This document shows, piece by piece, positions 1 to 11,649 of a stretch of DNA of 64,000 nt. The first letter of the stretch is position 1. Each line of letters opens with the position of its first letter. Source of the stretch: Octopus sinensis (lineage: Eukaryota). The position numbers were made by a program, and so were the translations under genes. The notes beneath the pieces are model-generated. The model did no database searches. It had not been told where the DNA came from and was given only the letters and a program-made list of their open reading frames with translations. The DNA lies in NCBI RefSeq assembly GCF_006345805.1, contig NC_043008.1:36332001-36396000 (forward strand), in the 5' to 3' direction.

Positions 1-1500
1 ACAGGTTAACTGGAACAGAAGAATCTCGTAGATAGACGGTGCTGTAAATCCTTGGTGTGCATATGCACAATACAGCGTGCACGCTAAAGTTCCGCGAGTT
101 GCTATGTACATCTTGTGGAGGTCGACGGTGTTGAAAGGCGACGGTGGTGGTGGCGACTGTAGTGGACTTGAGACAACATCGTTCTTAGTGATGATGGCGA
201 CGAAGATAGCGACGACGTGAAGTAGAAAGACGACGATAGCGATGACGAAGGTGGAGAAAAGGCATCGAATATATGATGGCGTTCGTCATCATGGCTGTAG
301 AATAAGAAAAGGGCTCCTTCTACAACTGTTTGTGGTGGCCGGAAACAAATCGTCGAAAGATGAATGCGTAGAGTTAAATCGTGTTCCGACTTCGCAGAAA
401 AACTGGATTTTTTTTGTTGATAAGTGATCTCTGGTTTTAGACCAGAATCACGTCGGGAGGTCACCAGTGTAACGAGCTTAGTGTGAGTGAGTGTGAATAT
501 CTTCGTGCACTTTTGGGGTGCACAAAGCAATCACTCACTAGCCGTTGCTTTAATAATCCAGAATTCTACCAGTCAGAAACAACAAGACGCAGACGTAAAA
601 TATATACATACTACTTTATTCTCTTTCTTGGTAACAATAACAATAAGTGTGTTATCTGATGTCCTTGGTTCTGGGCGCGCAAGCTGAAAGTTAATTGATT
701 GTAATATTTACAATATTCAGCCGCCAAAACAGAACGGGTCAAAATGGCGTCGAACAATGGAGACGATGTTGGTCTGCAACAATTTGGTTAAAGCCCTTTT
801 GGTAAGGACTGCTAGAAGCTAGTTCGAACGGAGAGAAAATATATCGCGACCGTTGCCTTCGATAGCCATGTCTCAAAGTCCCCGCTTGCTGCTGCTAGTG
901 GTCAAACGTTCTACGATCCCCCTGCCTTGGCCAGGGTCGTGCTTCCGGAGGTTCGCGCATGCGCGAGAGGGCCCTTCCTCTCACTGCCTTGGTAAAGGCA
1001 CCAACACGCGCGAAATACAAATGGACGGTGCGCGAGCGCGCGCCGTTATAGTATCACTACAGCTTTTTGTTTGTATCAGTAGACTGGTTGGAAAAAAAAA
1101 GGTTTGACAGGAGAGGTAGAAAGAAGGAGAACAACGTGCTTCTTTCTGTTTCCGTCTACGAAATCCACTCACAAGGCTTTGGTATTAAGTTTGGCTGCGT
1201 GTGTCCCGTAATAAATCAACTACGAATATTGTTGAAATATTATTTTATTTTATCAAAACCAATTACGATATTTACATAGTTACATCACAGTTTGCCAGTA
1301 GAGAACCGAGGCTGTAATTAAATTAGTAACAAAAGAGATTAGCTTCAGGTGAGAGGCGGAAATAATGCTTGTCCATCCTAGTTGAAGCATTCCTTTTAAC
1401 TCCGGATGAACTTCAGCCAAGAGAAACTTGTCGAAGTAAGCGCTTGTTGCTTGTGCTTCCAAGTGCGCCGCGCTCTCTGATTTGTTTCCGTGTGTTGTGT
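1..1500. promoter_or_regulatory. CpG-rich putative promoter / first-exon region, possibly bidirectional
   Basis: CpG density is far above the rest of the window (e.g. GCGCGAGCGCGCGCCG near 1030). There is a YY1-like CAAAATGGCG at 740-749 and a strong donor G|GTAAGG at 801/802. Unique non-repeat sequence runs leftward on the minus strand from about 700. Confidence 0.5.
757..801 (+). CDS. candidate first coding exon (METMLVCNNLVKALL, phase-0 donor)
   Basis: ATG at 757 gives exactly 15 codons ending at the GTAAGG donor. An upstream ATG at 744 gives only a short ORF (MASNNGDDVGLQQFG*). No homologue recognised. Confidence 0.25.
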
Positions 1501-1857
1501 TTATATAACTACAAAAGCGGGGTAACTTCCAGAATACTAAAGAATATTATCTAATATGAGATGATATGCCAACAAGTTGATTGGTTAATAACCAGGGCAC
1601 GTCACCTGACTTAAATGAGCTAGTTATTATAGTTATTAAAATTGTGAGGTTTCGATTCTAGGCTTCACTTACTAAACTTTTTTCTAAACTTCTGGAATAT
1701 TTTAATAATTTTCACATTTCTATTAATGATTTGTCTATACAATTTCTCTCTTAGCTATGTTCTTTGTAGTTTTCTGAAGTTCAACATCTCAAGATTGGTG
1801 CTGAGGCAAGTAGTTATATATCTTAAACTGGAGTATGATATGTTTTTGGCATAGTTG

Positions 1858-2293
1858 GGATCTTTTCGGTTCGAACGGCAGTTTTTTCTAGCGGTGTCAT
1901 ATAAAATTGTCACCCATAATTATGACCCCTAGTATCGATCTATTGCATTTCAATCTGTTTTAGGGTTAGGGTTAGTTAGGGTTAGGGTTATGGTTGAGGG
2001 GAAGGGTGTCTTTTTTTCTTCACAAATGTAAATAAACCCAATCTGTTTCTTAAACGAGGGACATATTCATACGGCACAGAATGTTTTTTAACTCAATGGA
2101 CGTCATCGATTGGTTGAAATTGCAGAAATTGAAGAAAAAAACAACAACAAATATCTTACAAACTATAGAATTTTCTCAATAAAGCCAAGAGAAAAAACTG
2201 TTTTATAAACACGTTCTACCAGTATACGAAGTTTAAAATTTTTTAGTTACCTAGAAATTATGTTACAAACTGCCGTTCAAACCGAAAAGATCC
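1858..2293 (+). mobile_element. MITE with ~27-bp TIRs and internal TTAGGG repeats, copy 1 (Merlin-like?)
   Basis: Ends GGATCTTTTCGGTTCGAACGGCAGTTT ... AAACTGCCGTTCAAACCGAAAAGATCC. Flanks CATAGTTG / CACAGTTG form an 8-bp TSD with 1 mismatch. TTAGGG array at about 1960-1990. Confidence 0.85.
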
Positions 2294-3034
2294 CACAGTT
2301 GTTCCGGTACTGTCTATTTGGCATCGGTGGACTAACTGACATCAAACGTTATAAAGTTCCTCTCATTTTAATATTTCTTTCGTTCTCTCCTGCCTCTCTC
2401 TCTGTATTTATTTGCTTGAGCATATCTCTCTTTATATATATATGTAACTAGTATCCAGTTGCTTATTGTAATCTCTCTCTGTCTCTCGCTTTCTCTCTCT
2501 CTTTCTGTATATTTATATTTCTGTGCGCACGCGTGTTTGTTTGCCTCCAGAACCAAAAAGTAAACAAAAAATTAGCGTTGCTAATGTCCAGTCAGCTTTG
2601 CCAAACTGTCAGCAACCAAACAACGCCACACGCATCGCAGCTTTCCAACTAACCTGAATTTCCTTAACCGCAAGTGAATACGACCTTATAGTTTGTACCA
2701 CGCTTACTCTAATAGTCATAAGTGTCCATTTAGTGGCGAGCAGACGTAGGAACACTCCCTTCCCGCCCACACTTGATCCAGCAGAAGAATATCAGGGATT
2801 TAACAGTAGGAGGAAGCGATGGCCTCACAAGCTGTTGGCTGGGAGACCACTTCAGTTAATTAGACTAGATTAACATGAAATAATATACCTTATTCAAGGA
2901 TACAGCGTACCTCTCGATCCAGGAATCGAACTAACAACTTTCTGCTCGTGGGCTGAGCAACTTAATCAGTGTGTCCTCATGTAATTAAATAATTACTTGT
3001 AAGAATCTAAAACTATAATGTCGATGGAGTATAT

Positions 3035-3381
3035 AAAAAGGGTAAAGACTACCTTCGATCATGAATGACCATGGGATTGCACCTAGACAGTTCCCCTCCG
3101 AGGCACAAGCCTGGGCAAGGTTGTTTATGAAAGACATGCAGTCGCTCATGCATAGCAGTCCCCCTCTCCACGCCACCGATGTTACCCAAAGGAAAGGAAA
3201 AGACCGTTACAGCTTAGCACCAGTGATGTCGCAACTCATTTGTACAGCTGGGTGAACTGGAGTAACGTGAAATAAAGTGTTTTTTGCTCCAGAACACAGC
3301 ACATAGCCCAGTCCGGGAATCGAACTCACAACGTCATGATTGTGAGCCCGACGCTGTAACCACTGAGCCATGCGCCTTCAC
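3035..3381 (-). mobile_element. tRNA-derived SINE with Meta-like central domain
   Basis: Minus strand head GGCGCATGGCTCAGTGG (A box) and GAGTTCGATTCCC (B box), then CACCCAGCTGTACAAATGAGT. A second copy of its 3' tail sits inverted at 3381-3463. Confidence 0.75.
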
Positions 3382-3494
3382 TTGCCCGGGCTTGTGACTT
3401 GGAGGGTAATTTTCTAGGTGCAATCCTTTGGTTATTCATGACCGAAGAGGGTCTTTACCCCTTTTTGGAATATATATGTAAGCATCATTTATCC

Positions 3495-3802
3495 TTTACT
3501 TGTTTCAATCCTTGGATTGTGGTCATACTGGGGCACTGCTTTAGTCGGTTAGACGGACTCTAGTACTTATTATTTAAAGCCTGGTACTAATTTTATCGGT
3601 CTCTTTTGCTGGACAGCTATGCTAAACTACGGAGACGTAAGTAAGCTAACACCGGTTGTCAAACGGTGCCAGACTCAAAGACACACACATGCACACACTA
3701 CGGGCTTCCATAAGTTTGTGTGGACTAAATCTCCCGAAACTGGTCGGCCGTGGGCTATAGTAGATGATACTTGCCTGAGATGCTACGCAAAGGGACTGAA
3801 GC
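3495..3802 (-). mobile_element. SINE family A, diverged, 5'-truncated
   Basis: Matches copies at 13651 and 59534 (CTTTTACTTGTTTCA tail, GGCTATAGTAGA..ACTTGCC core). Confidence 0.75.
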
Positions 3803-3864
3803 CTTGCCTGTCTGTCTGTATGCATGAAAGCATGTATGAATATACATATGTGTGCGCGTGCGTT

Positions 3865-3905
<41 letters not shown>

Positions 3906-4069
3906 CTGTGTGTGTAAAATCAACTTTGCCTTTCGTCTTTTCGAAGGTGATAAAATAAAGTACCAGTCATGTGCTGGTGTCAATGGTGTAGACAAATCCC
4001 CGTTCCCATAAAAATTACTGGTCTTGTGCACCTAAACAGGAAAAGAATGATTTGACAAATAGATGCTTC

Positions 4070-4601
4070 ACGATTAGGGAGTTCTGTGGGATTTTACAAT
4101 CCAGTGTGACTCTCTAATCGATGCTCAGAGACCAGATATTGTGGCAGATAAAGGAAAAAAGGAAACCAAGGTCATAGATATTGCAATACCCAGAGATGCA
4201 TGCATAAGTGACAAAGAAATAGAAAAGATTGAAAAGTACAGACTACTAAAAGATGAAATTGCAAAAATGTGGACTATGAGGAGAGTGTCTGTTGTTCCAG
4301 TAATTGTAGGGGAACTCAGATCATTAACAGCCAAGCTCGGGAGATATGTCAGAGAAATAGGAATTGACATGAAAGCAGAGCAAGATCCCAAAACTTCTCT
4401 GCTGGGGAAAGCTAGGATTTTGAGGTTGGTACTTGGATATTAAATGTCTCCTACGATAAATAACAACCAAGTATCAAAGCTTATAATGTGCGGAAAGAGA
4501 CCCTGTGAGACCTCTGATGGTAGGATGCTGCCCGCTTTCACATCCGCTTTCACAGAATCTACCCAGAACAAACAAAACCGAGCGTTCTGAGAAGTAAAAG
4601 A
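4070..4601 (+). mobile_element. R4/Dong-type non-LTR retrotransposon 3' fragment (RLE endonuclease domain)
   Basis: LWDFTIQCD..RPDIV.DK....VIDIAIP.D...KEIEKIEKY..L..EI..MW is the PD-(D/E)xK RLE motif set (ORF 4141-4443). A 3' UTR and a CAA/TAA tail follow. Confidence 0.85.
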
Positions 4602-4917
4602 ACAACAACAACAACAAAATAATAATGACGATGATGACGACGACAATAGTTATTCAACACCGTAATCATTTTGTCATGGAATATATATATATTTATAAAT
4701 AATGATAAAATATACATTTGTTATCTGTAGGATGTTTTTTTTCATTTTGAACAGTCATTTATACAGAAGGGAAAAATGCAAAGATTTAGATCAAATTTTA
4801 TAAAATATAGACGCTGCTCGTATAATATTTAAGATAACAAATAAATAGCCGTTGTAAATAGATGCAATATGGATGAACATTAACAACAAAAAGCATAATA
4901 TTAATAGTAAACTAATA

Positions 4918-4926
4918 ATAATAATA

Positions 4927-4960
<34 letters not shown>

Positions 4961-5018
4961 GATGATGATGATGATGATGATGATGATGATAATAATAATA
5001 ATGATAATAATGACGATG

Positions 5019-5070
<52 letters not shown>

Positions 5071-5141
5071 TAATAATAATAATAATGATAATAATAATAA
5101 TAATAATGATAATAATGATGATGATGATGATGATAATAATA

Positions 5142-5174
<33 letters not shown>

Positions 5175-5202
5175 TGATGATGATAATAATAATAATGATA
5201 AT

Positions 5203-5234
<32 letters not shown>

Positions 5235-5280
5235 ATGATGATGATGATGATGATGATAATGATAATAATAATAACAATAA
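4918..5280. repeat. compound (TAA)n/(TGA)n microsatellite
   Basis: Directly visible; source of the poly-I/poly-M/poly-L ORFs. Confidence 0.97.
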
Positions 5281-6083
5281 TTTCATTAGTTTGACAGAGA
5301 CAGACATAAAGTGTGGAGGCGTACGTATAATAATGAAATGATGAAAAAAATGTAAGTATATACGGTATGCACTGAAAAAGAAGGGACACATGCATAGCAT
5401 ACAAAGGTAAAAAAGAAAGAAATGGCGGGAAAATGAGAGGGATGTGGCTTTCCTAATACAGAGAAGCCTCTAGGGATAATCTACTGTCCGAGAATTCCCT
5501 GAAACCCTAGGATCAAGTGCCCTCTCCAATTCCTTCTCTCTCACTCACAGGTCTACACTTAGAGAGGTACCATCCACTCTTGCCATTTTCGCAGCTTTCA
5601 CCCCCCCCTTTTTAGTGAGCTCACTCGAGGAAAGTACTCACCTCTCCACTCTCAATTTCCTTTTCAAGTGAAACTTGAAAAAGTCAGTGAGAGCTCCACC
5701 AAAGAGGAATGTATCTGTCCGCATGCCTTTCAGCCTTGTCCGCCAAACGTCCTCTTTCGCCACAGCCATCAGGCAAAGGAAAACTGCCTTGCCTACCCGA
5801 TTGAAGGAGGGCGGCGGTGCGATCATCACTACAAACTCGGCCGACAGACTGATCGGGCCACACGTGACAGCAGCTGTTCAACATAACCCCACTAGTCAGC
5901 AATGCCCGGACACTGAACGAGGGCGTGCAGAACGGTTTCGTCACTCCGTGCGCGCCTTGGACAAGTCCGTCTGACAGCACATCTGTGCTTGTAGAGTTTA
6001 TCTCGAACCGGTAGCGCTCCTCGGTAGCACTGCCAGACCAAGGACGTCTGGAAATTATCCATGATAGTTTCCGAGCGGAAAGT

Positions 6084-6084
<1 letters not shown>
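5281..6084 (-). mobile_element. Tx1/L1-clade LINE 3' fragment (zf-RVT region to 3' end)
   Basis: Minus strand LVWQCYRGALPVRDKLY...CPR....ETVLHALVQC and AVFLCLMAVAKEDVWRTRLKG...FFKFHLKRKLRVER, with in-frame stops and frameshifts. Confidence 0.8.
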
Positions 6085-6146
<62 letters not shown>

Positions 6147-6336
6147 CACATATAACATACAGAAAATTGCACTACTAGGCACTGCACACATCCTACGCAG
6201 AACACTTTCCATACAATAACCATCAGAGCATCACAACAAATCACAGCACATACCCAAGGCACACAGAGCTGCGCTCGGTAGTGAAGTGAAAGCACGCTAT
6301 AAAAATAAAACTACTGAATAATAATAATAATAATAA

Positions 6337-6892
6337 ATACCCTGGTGCAGTACCAGGCACTGGCTCTCATGGCTTCTGATCGTAACTGATTGGAAATGCT
6401 ATCCTGAACATATTTTGTCTTGGTATAAAAGATGGGCTACAACAAATATTCGACTCAATACCACACATTTGCTTGTCTGTTGCTTAACCTGCACCAGTCG
6501 AGCATGTCCCTTAGTGGCTGACGATATGTGCATCTCTGATCATGAGCAGAAGTAGTGGAGGAGCATCATAGCCATATGTTGAGAGGAAGTCTTTGGAGTT
6601 TGAATAATTCACCTCTGGAAACGTGGGTGTTTCGTTCAACACCCTGAAGCAACCCTTTTTTCAAGAACCTTTTGGGCGGGATGGGTTACTCGACCTGAAA
6701 AAAATTCTAACTGGACCTCACCTGCAAGGTTATGTACTGTTTATCTTGATATGAGATCACCATATCGTGCACACATGGTTGTGATGCATGTATCTGGTGT
6801 ACCCTTATTAGATGGGTAGTCATGATGGGTATACTGGGCTTCGTATACTTTACTCCAGAGTCACTTTGATGGCATTCACTGCTCTCTCACTT
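6337..6892 (+). mobile_element. ~555-bp non-coding retroposon family F, longest copy, between TAA-type repeats
   Basis: Four other copies (44753, 46238, 47703, 58883) share the 3' end GCTCTCTCACT(C)AATAATAA but differ at the 5' end. 5' hairpin CCTGGT-GCAGT-ACCAGG at 6341-6357. Confidence 0.8.
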
Positions 6893-6943
6893 AATAGTGG
6901 TGATAGTGATGATGATGATGATGATGATAATAATAATAATAAT

Positions 6944-6982
<39 letters not shown>

Positions 6983-6983
6983 T

Positions 6984-7014
<31 letters not shown>

Positions 7015-7053
7015 TAATAATAATAACAATAATAATAATGATAATAATAATAA

Positions 7054-8250
7054 TAGAGAAGAAACTCTACTTCGCCTGGAATTACATGATCAGTTCCACC
7101 GTGAAACTAACAACTTAAAGGACCAGGAAGTATCATGGAGGTGGCTCAGCAAAGGTGACGTAAAAAGAATACTGAAAGTATAATCATCGCTGCCCAGGAC
7201 CAAGCATTGAATACCAACTCAGTGAAAAGGGATATATACCACACAAGTGCAACGACACTCTGCAGAATGTGTGGGAAGAGGGTCGAAAGCGAGACTCACA
7301 TTGTTAGTACTTGTGAAAGTCCAGCGCAGAGAGAGAACAAGCGCTGACTCAACAAGGTAACCCAAAACATTCACTGACTACTATGCCAGAAGTATGGATA
7401 CAAGGTAACGGGTGCTCAGCGCCAACACACACCGGAAAAGGTAATGGACGAAAAGGGGAAGGTAAAACTCCTCTGGGACTCCGACTTTCAGACTGACAAG
7501 GTGTTAGAGCACCGAAGGCCGGATATAGTAACCTTTAGGAAGGACAAACAAGAGTCCCTAATAATTAAAGTGGCGGGGCCAGGAGTTCAACATATTATCA
7601 TGAAAGGCAGAGAAAAGATTGATAAATTTGGGGACCTGAGATTCGAGATGGCTAAGATATGGCAGCTACGAGAGTCAAACATAAAAGTTGTTCCTATTGT
7701 CATCGGAGCATTGGGTTCGATACCACCCAATCAGAAGACACATCTGGAAACTTTAGAAATACCCTACGATCTAGGTGTATTGCAAAAATCGGCATTACTT
7801 GGAACTACGATCCAGAGTAATTGGCCAGGCATAGTCATTAAAGACGGAGAAGAAAATACTGGTAGATTAATAGATATAAGTGTTCCCACTGATAAAAATA
7901 TATCTTTTTTATAACAGTTCTCGCATGTTAAAGCGAGAACTGTTCCTGTTATTGTAGGTGCCCTAGGTATAATAAGAAAGGGACGTCAAAAACCTCTAGA
8001 TAATATCCCAGATGAACCGTATCTCAGAGAAACACGAAAGATTGTGCTGACAAGTACTGCCCACATCCTTAGAAAAACTCTATCTATTTAAATGTATGAG
8101 TTGTATTACATGAAGATATTTCGCTGCTGTCCTGCCACTTCTTCTCCTCAAGTTTTCAGTGAAACTGTAACATCTCTTATCCTTCAGTTGCCCTAGGATG
8201 CTGGGTTTGGCAGTAGTATAATGATAACCGGGGTTGTACATTTTACCCAC
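7054..8250 (+). mobile_element. R4/Dong LINE fragments (two subfamilies abutting): CCHC knuckle and RLE domain
   Basis: SWRWLSKG..., IIAAQDQALNTN, CRMCGKRVES.THIVSTC, KLLWDSDFQTDKVLEHRRPDIV, VVPIVIGALG. A second RLE C-terminus (VPVIVGALG...TAHILRKTLSI*) starts at about 7811. Confidence 0.85.
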
Positions 8251-8599
8251 AAGACACATACCGTCTCCTGAAACTCCGTCCTCATTTATGCAGTCGCTTG
8301 TATTTAATTCCTTTATCCGTTACTATGATACAGAAGAAAGTGGTGATAAGGTGTAACAATTACCAGTTTCTTTTTCATTTGTTAAGGTGAAGGGTATCTC
8401 TACAGATATTCTATAGAAATTGTTACCTGCACTGATTTTTGTTATGACCTTTCGTATCCGAGACCCCAAATGTAAAGAAACAATGAGCTCCTAGATGAAA
8501 AATGGGTATGAGCGTACTTACCATATTTCGGGAGAGTTTGCTCCTTCATCAGCACTCATCCAGCCCTTTAATCATCCACGAACACGTTGCTTAAATAAC

Positions 8600-8940
8600 C
8601 ACTAAATACAACGGTGTAACGTTATTGGATAGACCACTTTTACATATTAAACACATGTGTGGCCCCAGGGAATTTGAAAAACTGTCGAAATATAAGGACC
8701 TTGAGATTGATATATCTAGAACGCGGCAATTAAAAACCAAAGCCATCCCTGTTGTTGTAGGTGCCTTGGAAATAATCAAGAATGGTAATGAAAAATCTTT
8801 TGTCCAGATCCTTGGGAAACCAATAATCTATGAAACTCAAAAATTGAGCTTACATCAACCGCCCACATTCTCAGGATGTTTCCTTCCGTCTAATATACAT
8901 GTGCCTTATGTCTTTGGTTGAAACCCGGTCAGAAGATGAA
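8600..8940 (+). mobile_element. R4/Dong LINE RLE C-terminal fragment
   Basis: EFEKLSKYKDLEIDI.R..QLKTKAIPVVVGALEII (ORF 8625-8921). Confidence 0.75.
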
Positions 8941-8964
8941 ATAAAATGCAATTCAATTGGAAAA

Positions 8965-9377
8965 TACTCTTTTGCTCTTTTACTTGTTTCAGTAATTTGA
9001 CTGCGGCCATACTGGAACACCGCATTTAGTCGAGCAAATCGATCCCAGGACTTATTCTTTGTATGCCTAGTACTTATTCTATCGGTCTCTTTTTGCCGAA
9101 CCGCTATGTTACGGGGACGTAAACACACCAGCATTGGTTGTCAAGCGATGTTGGGGGGGGGGGGGGCAAACACACACACACACACATACACACACACACA
9201 CACACACCACACACACACACACACATATATATACATATACATATGTTTCCGTCTACCAAATCCACTCACAAGGCTTTGGTTGGCCCGAGGCTATAGTAGA
9301 AGACACTTGCCCAAGGTGCTACGCAGTGGGACTGAACCTGGAACCATGTGGTTTGTAAGCACAGTCACTTCCGCGCC
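8965..9377 (-). mobile_element. SINE family A, full length
   Basis: tRNA-like head, CCTTGGGCAAGT (CORE-like) motif, internal (TG)n, AAGTAAAAGAG tail. Confidence 0.9.
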
Positions 9378-9409
9378 TATGATAATATGATAATATTAAT
9401 AATAATAAT

Positions 9410-9712
9410 AATAATTTCTTTATCGGTCACAAAGGGCGAACACAAAACAAATAGGGACAATACAACACAAGGGAGAAGTGGGACTTGGAACAATGTCGTG
9501 TATAAAATAAATAACAACAGCAATTCACGATCCAATTAAACAATAAAAATTCCCCAAAAGCGGGGAGTTCCTCACAGGGACATCCGAGTAATCCCAAACG
9601 TCTTGGTCACTCTCACCGCCAGGTGCAGCTCAGCAGATGCCTCTTCCCTCGTCAGCTCCTCCGGTTTACAATCAAATGTGCTACACTGAAACTAGATTCT
9701 TCTATGGTCTCT
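9410..9712 (-). mobile_element. Tx1/L1-like LINE 3' end
   Basis: Minus strand ends ...TTGTCCCTATTTGTTTTGTGTTCGCCCTTTGTGACCGATAAAGAAA followed by (TTA)n, similar to the Tx1 termini at 11395 and 11792. Confidence 0.5.
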
Positions 9713-10400
9713 CACTTCTGTCATAACAGTTTTGTTTATTAACAATTGCTTGGCACATCCCCAAACTCCCTTATTCACAGCTGTTTGTTCTGCTGTGATG
9801 ATGTTATTACTTTCACAAGGGTCTTGGGGGAAGTGGTTTAAAACATGTTGTATATAATTTGCACATTAGGTTCTAGCCGGTAGTTTTATGCCATATGGGT
9901 TCTGCATTGAGATCAGTTTTGTCTCTGCCAGAGCTAACCAGTGTGGTATGCTACTATTTCCATTGAGAGCTTGCTTGTATAGGTTGATAAGATATGGTCG
10001 GTAGAAGGTTAGCTTTTTGCCACAGTATCCAACAATCAAGTCGCTTCTAGGTGCTTCTCCATCCTGAAGTTTTTGGATTACAGTCATAAAAGTATCACCA
10101 TCGGTGCTGTATGTCTTGGGTGTAGTGTAGGGAAAACAACTTCGCATTTCTTCCAGCCACAGAGCATCTTGGTTAAACTCTGTCTCTTTGCTCCAAAATT
10201 TTCTTCGGAAGGAATCTATGTCTTCTTGTGAAGGAGCTTCTATGATGTTCACTGCTTCTCCTCTCATATCTCTGTACGCTGTTGTCTGGTTCTGGTTAAA
10301 TTTTTTGTTTAATTGCTTTTTTCTCAGTTATTTTCTTTTGATGTCGGAGTTTCTCACTGACACCTTTTAGCTTCTTTTTGAGGGTGATCAGTTTGCAAGT
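9712..10400 (-). mobile_element. R4/Dong LINE fragment, pre-RT region to early RT
   Basis: APRSDLIVGYCGKKL..IPHWL...T.LI (decayed APG.D.I.GYW.KKL) and EQTAVNKGVWGCAKQLLINKTV. Confidence 0.7.
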
Positions 10401-10789
10401 GAGTGTCCTCATTTTGCTATCATGTATGTATGTATGTATGTATGTATGTATGTATGTATGTATGTATGTATGTATGTATGTATTTATGCATGTGTGTGTT
10501 TGTATGTATGTATGTATGTTCTCTTCTATTTTTAACTTTTTGGAATCTTCCTGTAAAGAACGAGTTGTGATCTAAGAAAAATACATAGCCCCATCATTGG
10601 AATGTAGATAACAAAAACAAATTCACATTTTGAACTTTTTACTCTTCCAATTACAGATTGTATTTGTAATGTGCGAATTAACTGGTTGATTTTTTCCCCT
10701 GAAAATCCAGGTTGACACTTTGGCAATTGTAGTGATTGCAAACAAGTGTCCAACCGTACTCCTTCTTGTTGATTCCAACTTATTCAATT

Positions 10790-11395
10790 ATCTATTCATA
10801 TTAATATTGTCGCGCCTCCTTCCTTCATACGGGAAGGAAGAGCCATTTTTCTCGTACTTGTGGCTACGGCGGAAGATTGTGTATGATGGACGCGTCTGAA
10901 AGGTCTAGAGACAAGCACTTTCCTCTCTGGTTAACATCTCATCAATTTCTTCAAGTATCACTTGAAAAAGAAGATGAGAGTAGAGAGGGAAGTTTTGTCT
11001 AGCAAATGTTTCAATAAAAGTTGGGTGAATGTAGCAAGGATGGCACGTGTGAATGACGGAGCCACCTTGAGCATAATCCTATGAACTAGGAAAATAAAGG
11101 AAAAAAAAAGAGAGTCACTTACTGTAATGTATCTTTGTAGGACATTATTGCCCGAGGTACCGTGGTCTTTTCCGTAGGCTTTTCTCTCCACGGATAAACC
11201 TAATCTTTTTTTTTCTTTTTTGTAACATTTACAATATTTTCTGTGATACACGATCCCGTTCGATCGACGCTTTTTTTCACGATCCCTTTTAATCGAAATT
11301 TTACTTTCCTCCCTTTTCTTTCTTCAAAAGAAAAGCTCTACATTGTATTTTGTTCCCTCTGAGTTACGCACTATGTGGCTAATAAAGAAACATAT
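10790..11395 (+). mobile_element. Tx1/L1-clade LINE 3' fragment ending at (TATC)n
   Basis: APPSFIREGRAIFLVLVATAEDCV*WTRLKG...FFKYHLKKKMRVERE is homologous to the 5638-5829 ORF. 3' end GTGGCTAATAAAGAAAC then (TATC)n. Confidence 0.8.
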
Positions 11396-11399
11396 CTAT

Positions 11400-11499
<100 letters not shown>

Positions 11500-11649
11500 T
11501 TTTTTTCCTCTTCCTCTTTTTTTCCCCTTTTTTCTTCTTTTTTCATTTCTCTTTCCTTTTGTTCCTTTTCCTTTTCTTTTTTTTTCTTTTTATTCTTTTT
11601 ATTTTATTCAATTTTTTTTTGTTTTTTTTTGTTTTTGTTCTTTTCTTCC

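Noticed and set aside
102-530. 142-aa minus-strand ORF as a protein
   Set aside because: TTG start, Ser/His low-complexity composition and no recognisable domain. More likely a 5' leader.
1960-1990. TTAGGG tracts as true telomere or chromosome-fusion relics
   Set aside because: All three are short, identical in pattern and lie at the same position inside the same MITE.
4141-4443. ORFs at 4141, 7444, 8625, 45677, 47186, 48220 and 48747 as host genes
   Set aside because: They are fragments of R4/Dong retrotransposon ORFs with neighbouring stops and frameshifts.
4901-5404. Long poly-I/L/M/Y ORFs here and the many YI/CV/HT/MYVC ORFs across the window
   Set aside because: They are translations of (TAA)n, (TA)n, (TG)n and (TATG)n microsatellites that lack stops in some frames.
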